DNA of 64,000 bases from Gammaproteobacteria bacterium (GTDB taxonomy: Bacteria > Pseudomonadota > Gammaproteobacteria > Burkholderiales > SHXO01): assembly GCA_041488255.1 (NCBI GenBank), contig JBGPOV010000004.1:16866-80865 (forward strand), read 5' to 3'. A program made the position numbers and the translations under genes. The notes below the pieces were generated by a model. The model was not told where the DNA came from, did no database searches, and saw nothing but the letters and a program-made list of their open reading frames with translations. Within the stretch, counting starts at the first letter, position 1; each line of letters begins with the position of its first letter. Shown piece by piece: positions 29,452-39,474 of this stretch.

Positions 29452-31896
29452 TCAGCGCAAGGTGGCCGCGACCGGCGGCGAAGCGCCGGCGCGGATACGC
29501 GCCCGTTTGCCGGCCGGGGTCTGCACGATCGGGTCGAGCGCCTTGGCCGCGTAGGATCGCTCGCGCTGCTCGAGCGGCGGCGCCGAGTACAGGGTCGTGC
29601 GCTGCTGCGGCTCGCGCCCGCAAGAGGCAATCAGCTCGTCCATTCGCTGCGGCGGCATCTCCTGTCCGTGGCAGGTCCCCGCAGCGCGGGAGATGCTCTC
29701 GTTCATGAGCGTTCCGCCCATGTCGTTGGCGCCCGCCTGCAGGCAGGCGCGGGCGCCCTCCGGCCCCAGCTTCACCCAGGACACCTGCACGTTGGGAATC
29801 AGGGGATGAAGCGCAAGACGCGCCACGGCATGCATCAGTACCGTTTCGCGATAGGTCGGACCCTTGCGCGCCCTGCCCTTCAGGTACATAGGCGCTTCCA
29901 TGTGCACGAATGGCAGAGGCACGAACTCGGTGAAACCGTGCGTCCGCGCCTGCAGCGAGCGGATGCGCAGCAGATGACGGGCCCAGTGGTCGTAGCGGTC
30001 GACGTGCCCGAACATGATGGTTGCGGTGGTCTTAAAGCCGACCCGGTGCGCGGCCTCGATCCCCTGCAGCCACTGGTCGGTGGTCAGCTTGTCGGGGCAG
30101 ATCAGGCGCCGCACCTCGTCGTCCAGGATTTCTGCGGCGGTGCCGGGGAGAGTCCCTAAACCGGCATCACGCAGATGGTGCAGAAACTCTTCGACCGACA
30201 GGTTCAGCGACTGCGCGCCGTGCGAGACCTCCAGCGGAGAGAAGGCGTGGATGTGCATGCGCGGCAGCGCCGATCGGACCGCGCGACACAGCGTCAGATA
30301 GGTCTCACCGGTGTAATCGGGATGGATGCCGCCTTGCATGCACACTTCGGTCGCGCCGCGCTCCCACGCTTCGCGAGCGCGCCGAACGACCTCCTCGAGC
30401 GCCAGATCGTAGGGGAGGCCGCGCAGGTTCTCGCTCAGCTTGCCCTTCGAGAACGCGCAGAACTGGCAGCGGAACGAACAGACGTTGGTGTAGTTGATGT
30501 TGCGGTTGACGACGTACCGCACCACCCGGCCGACGGTGCGCCTGCGCAGCTCGTCGGCTGCGGTGCACACGGCGTCAAACTGCACCCCGCGTACCTGGAA
30601 CAACCGCACGATGTCCGACTCCGGCAGCTCCGCTCCATCGAACGCGTCCGCCAGGATCCGCTCGATCTGCGGACTCGCTCGGGACGTGCGAGAGCGGCCC
30701 GACGCGAGAGGCGGCTCGATCTGACCCGGGGACCAGTCATCGGTCCGCGCGAACCCTTCCGCGTCGGTGGCGCGCAGGACGCGCGCCACCAGCACTGGGT
30801 CCTGCCAGGTCGAGGCTTCCCTGCAATAGCTCGGATATGCGGCGAGCCGTTCGACCAGCACCTTGCCTGCCCTCTCGGTGTTCTCGCGCAGCCGCACGAT
30901 CTCCGGCCACGGTGCCTCGGGATTGACGTGATCGGGCGTGACCGGCGATACCCCTCCCCAGTCGTTCAGTCCGGCCGCGACCAGGCGAGCATAGCCGGTC
31001 GGCGTCAGATTCGGCGGCGCCTGCAGGTTCATCTCGGGCCCTAGGATCAAGCGGGCAAGGGCGAGCGTCCACATCAGGTCGTCGAGATCGGGTTCCGGCG
31101 CGCCCGCCATCTTCGTGAAGGACTTGGCGCGGAAGTTCTGAACGATCACCTCCTGGATGTGGCCGTGCTCCTCGTGCAGCGCCCGGATCGCGAGCAGAGA
31201 GTCGACGCGCTCCTCACGTGTCTCGCCGATCCCGATGAGGATCCCCGTCGTGAAAGGGACTTTCAGCGCTCCCGCCAAGCGCAAGGTCGCCAGCCGAAGC
31301 CCCGGCGCCTTGTCGGGCGACCCGTAGTGCACCCCGCCCTTTTCGCACAGGCGCTCGGAGATGTTCTCGAGCATGATTCCCTGCGAGACGGAGACCCGCC
31401 TCAGAATTGCGATCTCTTCGCGTGTCATCACGCCCGGATTCACGTGGGGCAGCAGGTTCGTCTCGCGCAGCACCAGTTCGCACATCTGAGCTAGGTAAGA
31501 GACCGTCGTCGGATGCCCCAGCCGGGCCAGCTCCTCGCGTGCCGTCGAGTAGCGCAGCTCCGGCTTGTCGCCCAGCGTAAAGAGCGCCTCTCGACACCCG
31601 GCCCGCTCACCCGCCCGCGCGATCTCCAGCACCTCTGCGGCGCAGAGGTAGCCGCGAGCACCCTTGCGTGGCGGGCGCGCGAAAGTGCAGTAATGGCACA
31701 CGTCGCGGCACAGATGGGTGAGCGGGATGAAGACCTTGCGCGAGTACGAGATCACGTCGCCGTGGGCCCGGTCCCGCAACCGACCGGCCTGCACTATGAG
31801 CGCATCGAAGTCGGCTTCGCGCGCTACGCTCCGCACCTCATCGTCGCTCAAGCGGCGATCGGTGCTGGTCTCCAGCAATGCGGGGACGGACTCCAT
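29452..31896 (-). CDS. fbiC: Fused FO synthase CofG-CofH (FbiC)
   Basis: Two radical-SAM motifs (CRDVCHYC, CSFRCQFC), plus DWGGVSPVTPDHVNPE and GGTLMNESISRAAG. Confidence 0.96.
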   Translation of the reverse strand: MESVPALLETSTDRRLSDDEVRSVAREADFDALIVQAGRLRDRAHGDVISYSRKVFIPLTHLCRDVCHYCTFARPPRKGARGYLCAAEVLEIARAGERAGCREALFTLGDKPELRYSTAREELARLGHPTTVSYLAQMCELVLRETNLLPHVNPGVMTREEIAILRRVSVSQGIMLENISERLCEKGGVHYGSPDKAPGLRLATLRLAGALKVPFTTGILIGIGETREERVDSLLAIRALHEEHGHIQEVIVQNFRAKSFTKMAGAPEPDLDDLMWTLALARLILGPEMNLQAPPNLTPTGYARLVAAGLNDWGGVSPVTPDHVNPEAPWPEIVRLRENTERAGKVLVERLAAYPSYCREASTWQDPVLVARVLRATDAEGFARTDDWSPGQIEPPLASGRSRTSRASPQIERILADAFDGAELPESDIVRLFQVRGVQFDAVCTAADELRRRTVGRVVRYVVNRNINYTNVCSFRCQFCAFSKGKLSENLRGLPYDLALEEVVRRAREAWERGATEVCMQGGIHPDYTGETYLTLCRAVRSALPRMHIHAFSPLEVSHGAQSLNLSVEEFLHHLRDAGLGTLPGTAAEILDDEVRRLICPDKLTTDQWLQGIEAAHRVGFKTTATIMFGHVDRYDHWARHLLRIRSLQARTHGFTEFVPLPFVHMEAPMYLKGRARKGPTYRETVLMHAVARLALHPLIPNVQVSWVKLGPEGARACLQAGANDMGGTLMNESISRAAGTCHGQEMPPQRMDELIASCGREPQQRTTLYSAPPLEQRERSYAAKALDPIVQTPAGKRARIRAGASPPVAATLR

Positions 31897-31982
31897 GCTG
31901 ATTCTCGCGCGTCAGCCCGCGAGCCGGACTTAGCGCCGGTTGCGCGGCCGTCGCAGTGCGGACTCGGGGCTGTACAGCCGGC

Positions 31983-32486
31983 TCAGGGGTTGCCGAAGGT
32001 CAGGATCTGCGTGGGCTCGACCTTGTAGAGCACACGCACCTCGCCTTTCGGATCACGGAACGGATAGGGCGTCTGGTTGACGTAGCGCACCGCCAGCGAG
32101 TCGATGCTCTTGGTGGCGAGATCGCCACGGGCCTTGTCGTCTTCGTCGATGATGTCGACGACCTTGCCGTTGATCGACATCCAGTGATACGGGTTCTTGG
32201 GGTTCATCAACAGCAGCGTCACCTTGCCGTTGGCGCGCAGGTTGCGATCCTTGAGGCGGCCGCGTGCCGAGTTGAGCTCGAGATAGGTCCCGTCATTGCC
32301 GACCCACACCGGCGTGACCTGCATCTCGCCCTTGCCGCTCAGGGTGGTCAGCGAGGCGGTGACCGGGTCGCTCAGCAGCTGCTTGTATTGGGGCGGAAGA
32401 TCCTTGAGCGACCCGGCTTTCCTGTTCTTCACAGTGAACGCCTTCTCGTTGCCGGGGGTGATGACATCGCCGATTGTTGCTCCCAT
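31983..32486 (-). CDS. PPOX-class (split beta-barrel, FDOR-like) probable F420-dependent oxidoreductase
   Basis: LTTL...QVTPVW...NSARGRLKDRNLR..KVTLL...NPY pattern and C-terminal RVLYKVEP. Confidence 0.75.
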   Translation of the reverse strand: MGATIGDVITPGNEKAFTVKNRKAGSLKDLPPQYKQLLSDPVTASLTTLSGKGEMQVTPVWVGNDGTYLELNSARGRLKDRNLRANGKVTLLLMNPKNPYHWMSINGKVVDIIDEDDKARGDLATKSIDSLAVRYVNQTPYPFRDPKGEVRVLYKVEPTQILTFGNP

Positions 32487-32532
32487 GGTGTCTCCTCCAT
32501 CGATAGGGGTTGCGGTCCTGCTTGACGGACGG

Positions 32533-32979
32533 TCACGCGGCCTGTTGTGCTTCGCTCACGGGGAAGTTGAGCTCGATCGTGACGTCGCTCGGATCCTCGA
32601 TGAACACCTGATGCAGGCCCAGCGAGGGCACGGTCCGCTCGCGAAACGGGACCTTTTGCCGTTGCAGCCTGGCCCGCATGTCCGACAGGCCGGTGGCGCG
32701 GAAGGCCATATGGTCGACCGTACCCGTGCCTTTGAGCGAGGCCAGATCGCGATCGCCCAGGTACTCCTTCAGCCCGGAAGGATCGTTCGGATCGATCCCG
32801 ATGATGTGCACGACGCCCAAGGTTTCAGGGTAGCTGCCGCCGTTGTAGAGCCACAGGCCCGGGAAGCGGAACGGAGGCCGAAAACCCACCGTAAAGCCCA
32901 TGATCTGCGTATAGAACGTTTCCGAGGCGCGCAGATCCAGGGTGCGGATCGAATAGTGATCGAGTTTGTCGACTGGCAT
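32533..32979 (-). CDS. VOC/glyoxalase family protein
   Basis: LDHYSIRT.DL, GLWLY, VDHMAF and QVFIEDP..VTIEL motifs; GGAGG RBS. Confidence 0.85.
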   Translation of the reverse strand: MPVDKLDHYSIRTLDLRASETFYTQIMGFTVGFRPPFRFPGLWLYNGGSYPETLGVVHIIGIDPNDPSGLKEYLGDRDLASLKGTGTVDHMAFRATGLSDMRARLQRQKVPFRERTVPSLGLHQVFIEDPSDVTIELNFPVSEAQQAA

Positions 32980-33017
32980 GCGACCTCCTGCTCGAGCTGT
33001 CCTGGAATTTCTCCATC

Positions 33018-34250
33018 CTACGCCGGAACGGCACTCCACATCGTTTCCGGCGTCGCGGTTTCGCGCATGACGGCCTCCGGGGTGCGGTACCGTTCCGCCA
33101 TCTGTCGCTCCCGCGGGGTCTTGATCTGGGCTTGCATGTACGCCCCCAGATGCCGCGCGCGTGCGATGACCGCGGTGCCAAAGCCGACGCGGGCAGCTTC
33201 GTATCGCCGGAGCGCTTCCCCCAGATCATCGGTAGCACGAAGGGCATCCGCCAGCGCCACGGCGTCCCCCGCGGCCTTGGTGACGCCCATGCCGACGTGC
33301 GGGCGCGCCACGAAAGCGGCATCGCCCGCCAGCGCGATGCGGCCGAAGACGAGTTCGGGGGATTCCACGTCGTAGATGGGCTGGAAGAAGGGCTGTTGCG
33401 TAAGCCTGACCATCTCGGCGAACTGGGGGGCGAGCAGCGTGTCCGCGTCGTGCCGCATGCGAGCGATCACCTCGGGGCGAATCAGAGGCGGCGGGATCGA
33501 CACCTCGTGTGTGCGGCGGCTTTTATCGGTCAGCAGGTCGACCAGCTCGGAGTCTTCGGCCGCCGGGCGATACCAGACGAAGTTGTAGCGCCGGTGGCCG
33601 CGGTGCGTGGTGTTTCCCGCGCCCGCCACCGGATAGCCGAGCATCTGCTCTCCCGGAGGCAAGCAGAAGCCGAACTTCTCGAACAGCGCGGCATGGGTCG
33701 GAGGCGAGATGGCCCCCTCCTCGACCAGGCCCCGCCAGGCGACATAGCCTGCATACTCGGGTGTGACCGAGGGCAGGAATTGAGCCCGGACCGTCGACCG
33801 AATGCCGTCGGCACCCACGAGCAGATCGCCTCGCACTCGTTGTCCATTCTCGAAACACGCGACAACGCAGTCTTCGCGCTGTTCGATGCGCTCGAGAGAA
33901 GAACCCCGGTGATAGACCTGGGCCGGGAAGCGGGCCTTCAGCAACGCGTACAGCATCCCCCACGAGGTAAGGATCTGCCGCAGGGGAAACTCGCCGATCG
34001 TGCGCCCGGACGAATCCAACGTCACCCGGGACGGAACCTCGACCCCGATGCCATCGTCGATCACCACTCCGCATCGGGACAGGGCATCCAGCAGCTCGGG
34101 ATGAGTGACGATGCCGGCCCCGCGACCCGACAGTTCGTCCGGAACCCGTTCGAAGATATCGACCTGCCACTCGTCGTTGCGCAGCAGGATCGCGGTCAGG
34201 AGCCCGCCCAGAGAGCCGCCGATCACCAATGCCCGTCGACGCTGTGCCAT
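33018..34250 (-). CDS. FAD-dependent monooxygenase (2,6-dihydroxypyridine hydroxylase-like)
   Basis: VIGGSLGGL, GRGAGI, DLLVGADG, YAGYVAWRG and GDAAFVARPHVGMG motifs. Confidence 0.85.
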   Translation of the reverse strand: MAQRRRALVIGGSLGGLLTAILLRNDEWQVDIFERVPDELSGRGAGIVTHPELLDALSRCGVVIDDGIGVEVPSRVTLDSSGRTIGEFPLRQILTSWGMLYALLKARFPAQVYHRGSSLERIEQREDCVVACFENGQRVRGDLLVGADGIRSTVRAQFLPSVTPEYAGYVAWRGLVEEGAISPPTHAALFEKFGFCLPPGEQMLGYPVAGAGNTTHRGHRRYNFVWYRPAAEDSELVDLLTDKSRRTHEVSIPPPLIRPEVIARMRHDADTLLAPQFAEMVRLTQQPFFQPIYDVESPELVFGRIALAGDAAFVARPHVGMGVTKAAGDAVALADALRATDDLGEALRRYEAARVGFGTAVIARARHLGAYMQAQIKTPRERQMAERYRTPEAVMRETATPETMWSAVPA

Positions 34251-34503
34251 GTAAGTATGCGCGGCGGCTCTATGTGGTGTTCGGAAGGCTGTACGAGCCA
34301 AAGGACAAGGATAGATTCCATGTAGGGCCGCGTGAGGTACCCTTTAGGTGGATTGTATGCCTCACGCGACGCGGCTGGCGTAAGCACGGTGGCACTGCGG
34401 CAGCGTCGCAACGACCGGTGGATGTTCGACGAGTTGCTGTATTTTGACCATGCGACATTAGACAAAAAAGGACCAACGCATCAATAGCTTAGACCATACG
34501 CCC

Positions 34504-37047
34504 ATGATGCAGCAGTACCTTCGCATCAAGGCGCAGCACCCGGACATGCTGCTGCTGTATCGCATGGGCGACTTCTACGAACTGTTCTACGAAGACGCCG
34601 AGAGGGGGGCGCGGCTGCTCGACATCACGCTGACCCAGCGCGGCGCGTCCGCCGGCTTACCTATCAAGATGGCCGGAGTGCCGTTCCACTCCGTCGAGCA
34701 ATATCTGGCGCGGCTGCTCAAGCTCGGCGAATCGGTTGCGATCTGCGAGCAGATCGGCGATCCCGCCACCTCCAAGGGCCCGGTCGAACGCCAGGTCACT
34801 CGCATCATCACCCCGGGCACCCTCAGCGACGCCGCACTCCTCGAAGACAAGCGCGAAAACCTTCTGCTGGCCATCGGCCCGGGGAAGCCACTGCTCGGTA
34901 TCGCCTGGCTGAGCCTCGCTTCGGGCGACTTCCATGTGCTGGAGACCGCGCCCGAGAACCTACCTTCCGAGCTGGAGCGGCTTGGCCCCGCCGAGATCCT
35001 GTTCCCGGACGGCTGGGACCAGCTGCTGCCCGCTGGGCTCAGTGTAGCGCTGAGGCGGCTACCGCCCTGGATGTTCGATCGGGATTCAGCGGTGCGCGGG
35101 CTTACCAGGCAGTTCGGGACTCAAGATCTTAACGGCTTCGGCTGCCAGGGCCTGGGGCCCGCACTGGGCGCCGCCGGGGCCCTGCTGGAATACTGCCGTA
35201 CCACACAAACCGGAGACTTGCCGCATGTGCGGGCGCTGCGGGTCGAGCGCCAGTCGGCTTACCTGCGCCTGGACGCAGTGACCCGCCGCAACCTGGAGAT
35301 CAGCGAGACCCTGCGCGGCGAGGCTGCGCCGACGCTGCTGTCATTGCTGGATACCTGCGCCAGCAGCATGGGGAGCCGGCTGATGCGCCATGTCCTGCAC
35401 CACCCGCTGCGTGATCGCGCGACGGCGCAAGCTCGGCTGGATGCGGTCGAAACCCTGGCCGGCGCAGCCGGCAGCGGGCCCTTCGATGCCGTGCGCATAC
35501 TCCTTAGGCGTGCAGCCGACGTCGAGCGCATCACCGCTCGCATCGCGTTGCGTACCGCGCGTCCGCGCGACCTTACCGGATTGCGGGCCACGTTGGAGCT
35601 GCTGCCGGACCTGCAGACGATTTTGGCGAGGGCCTCGAGCCCGCGCCTGACGGAGCTAGCCCGCTGCGCCACGCCACACCCTCGGCTCGCGAGCTTGCTC
35701 GCCCGCGCCATCCAGCCCGAACCGAGCGCGATGGTGCGCGAGGGCGGAGTCATCGCCGACGCTTACGATGACGAGCTGGACGAGTTGCGCGCGATCCAGA
35801 ACAACTGTGGCGCCTTTCTCCTCGACCTGGAGACCCGGGAGCGCGCCCGCACAGGCATCGCCAATCTGAGAGTCGAGTACAACCGCGTGCACGGCTTCTA
35901 CATCGAGCTCACGCGGGCCAACGCCGACAAGGCGCCCGACGACTACCGCCGCCGCCAGACATTGAAGAATGCCGAGCGCTATATAACACCGGAGCTGAAG
36001 GCCTTCGAGGACAAGGCGCTGTCCGCGCAGGAGCGTGCCCTGGCGCGCGAGAAACTGCTCTACGACCAACTGCTCGACCAGCTTGCGGACGCAATCCCGG
36101 CCCTGCTTTCCTTGGCGGCGGCGCTGGCGGAGCTCGATCTGCTGGCCGCCTTCGCTGAGCGCGCCCTGGTGCTGAACTTCACTCGGCCGTCCTTCACCGA
36201 TGAAGAAACGATCGAGATCGAAGGGGGTCGCCATGCGGTGGTCGAGCAACAGGTGGACAGCTTCGTCGCCAACGACCTGCGGCTGTCGGACTCGCGCAAG
36301 CTGCTGCTCGTCACCGGACCTAACATGGGCGGCAAGAGTACCTACATGCGGCAGGCCGCGCTGATCGTGCTGATCGCTCACTGCGGCTGCTTCGTGCCGG
36401 CCAAGGCTGCACGGCTGGGGCCCATGGATGCCATCTTCACCCGCATCGGCGCGGCGGACGATTTGGCGGGCGGCCGCTCCACATTCATGGTCGAGATGAC
36501 CGAGACGGCCAACATCCTGCACAACGCAACCCGCCACAGTCTCGTGCTGATGGACGAGGTGGGGCGCGGCACCTCCACTTTCGACGGCCTTGCGCTAGCT
36601 TGGGCCATCGCCCGCCATCTTACGGAGAAGACACAGGCCTACACCCTGTTCGCTACCCACTACTTCGAGCTGACTCAACTGGCACAGGAGTATCGCGAGG
36701 TCGCGAACGTGCATCTCGATGCGGTCGAGCACAAAGACCACATCGTGTTCCTGCACAGCGTCGAGGAAGGGCCAGCATCGCAGAGCTACGGGCTCCAGGT
36801 GGCGCAGTTAGCGGGCGTTCCCGCCGGGGTGATACACGCGGCGAAGAAGCGTCTGGCGGATCTGGAAACACGCAACTCACAGCACAGCCCGCAGGCGGAT
36901 TTATTCTTCCAACCAGCGCAGGAAGCCGATACGACACCAGCGCCGGAGCATCCAGCGCTAGAGGGCCTGCGCCAGGCCGACCCCGACGCTTTGAGCCCGC
37001 GCGAGGCCCTGGAGCTGGTTTACCGGTTGAGGAAGCTGCTGGGCTGA
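34504..37047 (+). CDS. mutS: DNA mismatch repair protein MutS
   Basis: [32 protein letters not shown] and DEVGRGTS motifs. Confidence 0.98.
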   Translation: MMQQYLRIKAQHPDMLLLYRMGDFYELFYEDAERGARLLDITLTQRGASAGLPIKMAGVPFHSVEQYLARLLKLGESVAICEQIGDPATSKGPVERQVTRIITPGTLSDAALLEDKRENLLLAIGPGKPLLGIAWLSLASGDFHVLETAPENLPSELERLGPAEILFPDGWDQLLPAGLSVALRRLPPWMFDRDSAVRGLTRQFGTQDLNGFGCQGLGPALGAAGALLEYCRTTQTGDLPHVRALRVERQSAYLRLDAVTRRNLEISETLRGEAAPTLLSLLDTCASSMGSRLMRHVLHHPLRDRATAQARLDAVETLAGAAGSGPFDAVRILLRRAADVERITARIALRTARPRDLTGLRATLELLPDLQTILARASSPRLTELARCATPHPRLASLLARAIQPEPSAMVREGGVIADAYDDELDELRAIQNNCGAFLLDLETRERARTGIANLRVEYNRVHGFYIELTRANADKAPDDYRRRQTLKNAERYITPELKAFEDKALSAQERALAREKLLYDQLLDQLADAIPALLSLAAALAELDLLAAFAERALVLNFTRPSFTDEETIEIEGGRHAVVEQQVDSFVANDLRLSDSRKLLLVTGPNMGGKSTYMRQAALIVLIAHCGCFVPAKAARLGPMDAIFTRIGAADDLAGGRSTFMVEMTETANILHNATRHSLVLMDEVGRGTSTFDGLALAWAIARHLTEKTQAYTLFATHYFELTQLAQEYREVANVHLDAVEHKDHIVFLHSVEEGPASQSYGLQVAQLAGVPAGVIHAAKKRLADLETRNSQHSPQADLFFQPAQEADTTPAPEHPALEGLRQADPDALSPREALELVYRLRKLLG

Positions 37048-37295
37048 AATGCAGCGCTAACGCAGTTGCGCTGCCGGGGTTGGCCCAGCGTGAAGCTGGC
37101 ACAGCTGCAGGCTCACAAAGTCGACGGCGTCGATCGCGCTGGTGCGTGTGCGGGGGCTATTCCGACCCAGCGGCGGCCAGATGCATCTTCGCGTTCATCG
37201 CTGCATTCGCCGCAATTGCTACGGGAATGTCAACCCATCCGCGGCGGGCAAAGCCCTTGCTTAGGTCCGACAAACGCTGAGCAACGGAGAATGAG

Positions 37296-37592
37296 ATGAG
37301 CCTGACTGTTACCAGTGTAACTGTACGCATGGCGCTCAAGAAGCTGGCGGAAATCACATGCGGAATAGCGCCGACTTCGGTTCGAGTCAACGTCGTGCCC
37401 TCGGGGGCGCATCGTGTGTACGTTACGTCCATACCGTTTGAGTTTCGAGCCGAGGTGTACCAGTACCTAGCCGAGCATACATCCATCCGCATACCGATAA
37501 ATGGCGATCCCCTCGTCCTTACCGGCGATGAGGCCACGGTGCTGGTGAACCTGGCCTATCGCGCAGGGCAGGAAGAGATGCCTCTGGCTTAG
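37296..37592 (+). CDS. Hypothetical protein
   Basis: GGAG RBS and a 98-aa ORF with globular composition; no recognisable family. Confidence 0.5.
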   Translation: MSLTVTSVTVRMALKKLAEITCGIAPTSVRVNVVPSGAHRVYVTSIPFEFRAEVYQYLAEHTSIRIPINGDPLVLTGDEATVLVNLAYRAGQEEMPLA

Positions 37593-37598
37593 CCGATC

Positions 37599-38036
37599 AT
37601 GACCAAGCGCGACTTGATCTTGTTGACCGTTGCTCCCGTGATCCTCGTGGTGATATCGATGGATCTGTTGTGGCTCTCGGGCAAACTACAGGACGGCGTT
37701 GAGCGCAGGCTCGCGAACTACGCAGTGCTGCAACGTGCCTCTGCCCTCAGTCAAGTGAACAGCGCCCCGCAGGCGAGCGCACGGTCTGCGCAGACGCTGT
37801 CGCGTCTCACTGAGGCCGGCAGTGAGTCTGATGCGGCGACTGTAAGCCTCTCGGTAAGCCTCGCGGCCCTCCTGCTTTTCCTCGCGCTGTTTCAAATCAT
37901 CACCGTCGTGCGGCTGCTCCGGAAGGAACGGTTGCCCACACCTCCCCGGCCGGACACCGCGACTACCGGCATCCCTGAAATGAAGCTCAGCACTCACCGC
38001 AGTGTGCAACACCCCGAACGAGTCGGTGGGTCGTAG
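37599..38036 (+). CDS. Hypothetical two-TM membrane protein
   Basis: Two hydrophobic stretches; starts 6 nt after the previous stop. Confidence 0.5.
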   Translation: MTKRDLILLTVAPVILVVISMDLLWLSGKLQDGVERRLANYAVLQRASALSQVNSAPQASARSAQTLSRLTEAGSESDAATVSLSVSLAALLLFLALFQIITVVRLLRKERLPTPPRPDTATTGIPEMKLSTHRSVQHPERVGGS

Positions 38037-38463
38037 GCTGACTTGAACGGACTGTGGACTGCATACCAAGACCCCCGAGTCGCGGGCTGATTGTTCCTGG
38101 CCCAGGATCGGCGAGCGCTAGCCTGTACGCCAAAGGAGCAAGGCTACTGTGATGGTGCTTACGGGTTGGTCAACGGATGCCGCAGCCCGGCAAGTCGTCC
38201 TCATCGCTTGCACCCGCAAACGCCTGAAGCTCCGAGTCTATCCCGAGGCTGGGCCCGCGAGCTAACTGTCGCCACCCGGGATGTTCACTCGCTCTCCCGC
38301 CTCGTTCAGATCCAAAGCTACCTGCATTCAACTGGTTACCGGCTAGCTCGTGGGCCTCGTATGGCCATTGGTTGGCCGCTCCCTGGTGTCTGGAAAGGTC
38401 GACTGCACCGTGATTGTTCTGCTCCCCCTCAGGTTGCGGTGCCGGATCAAAGGAAGGAAGATC

Positions 38464-38479
38464 AGGCATGACAGTTGCC
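38464..38479 (+). promoter_or_regulatory. Putative sigma-54 (-24/-12) promoter
   Basis: AGGCATGACAGTTGCC has GG-N10-GC spacing like TGGCACN5TTGC and lies about 110 nt upstream of the pilin-like gene. Confidence 0.45.
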
Positions 38480-38591
38480 TGAGCGAACTCACCGGCGGGC
38501 TCGGCAGTCCCGCGGGAAAACTCGAACAGCCAGTCGGAGGGAACTTGGATCCCCCGGCCACAAGCAACGGAGACCATTGGGAGGAGACTCG

Positions 38592-39326
38592 ATGCAGCCT
38601 CGCCGTTCCCTTCGTCGTTCAGCCAATCGAGGGCTGACCATAGTTGAGGCGGCGGTCATGTTAGTCGTGATCGGCCTTCTTATCGAGTTCGTGATCAAGG
38701 GGCGGGAGCTGGTCCAAAACGCCCGGGTACGCGACATCATCTCGCAGCAAGGCGCCGCCGAGACGGCCTTCCTGGCGTTCCAAGACCGTTTCCGGGCACT
38801 GCCCGGCGATTACGCGGCTGCGAGCGCCAACATCAACTGCGGGCCGTCTGCCTGCCTGAACGGAAACGGCAACGGCCGTATCGACCCCGGCGTCGGCGGA
38901 GCACTCCACGAGGAGATCCTCGCCTGGCAACACCTCAGCGACGCTGGCTTCATCAACGGTCACTACCAGATGCTCAGCCCCGCGGTCGCAACGCCCGCGC
39001 CGGACAATACCCCGAGTAGCGTATTCGGAGGCTATATGGAAGCCGTCACCGACAACATTTGGGGATACAGCGGAAACACCGTGTCTCGCAACAACATCAA
39101 GACGGGGAACTACGTTCCGGCCACCGTGCTCGCGGAAGTGGACCGCAAGATCGATGACGGTCACCCCGGAAGCGGCAGACTCCGGTTCTCCACATACGCT
39201 GGCGCCGGGACCGCTCCACCCATCGGCGGAACGCCCGACGGCTGCACGGACGCGGATTCCGTCTCCGCGTCTTGGACCGAGATCAACGGTTCGGACAACT
39301 GCGGCGCGGCCACCCTGCTCAACTGA
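38592..39326 (+). CDS. Type IV pilin / pseudopilin-like protein with class III signal peptide
   Basis: Basic leader MQPRRSLRRSANRG, then LTIVE plus a hydrophobic helix, ALPGD, and a C-terminal Cys pair. GAGGAG RBS. Confidence 0.8.
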   Translation: MQPRRSLRRSANRGLTIVEAAVMLVVIGLLIEFVIKGRELVQNARVRDIISQQGAAETAFLAFQDRFRALPGDYAAASANINCGPSACLNGNGNGRIDPGVGGALHEEILAWQHLSDAGFINGHYQMLSPAVATPAPDNTPSSVFGGYMEAVTDNIWGYSGNTVSRNNIKTGNYVPATVLAEVDRKIDDGHPGSGRLRFSTYAGAGTAPPIGGTPDGCTDADSVSASWTEINGSDNCGAATLLN

Positions 39327-39474
39327 GGCCCTGGTTATTTCGCCAGGAGCCGTCGGTTACTAATTTGTGTCTGACTCGAACGGGCGTGTGCGCGCGGCGA
39401 TCGTTCCGCCGCGCGCGATAGTTGTTTGTGCTCTCGTCTAAGGTGCAGCGATGCGTCTCACCACGGCGGCGCGG

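Noticed and set aside
17905-34461. Genome-wide TAG recoding (pyrrolysine or Gln) suggested by the ambers in cysE and upstream of mutS
   Set aside because: flgM, trmJ, trxB, smr and glnB end at TAG at normal lengths, and there are no pyl genes or suppressor tRNA in the window.
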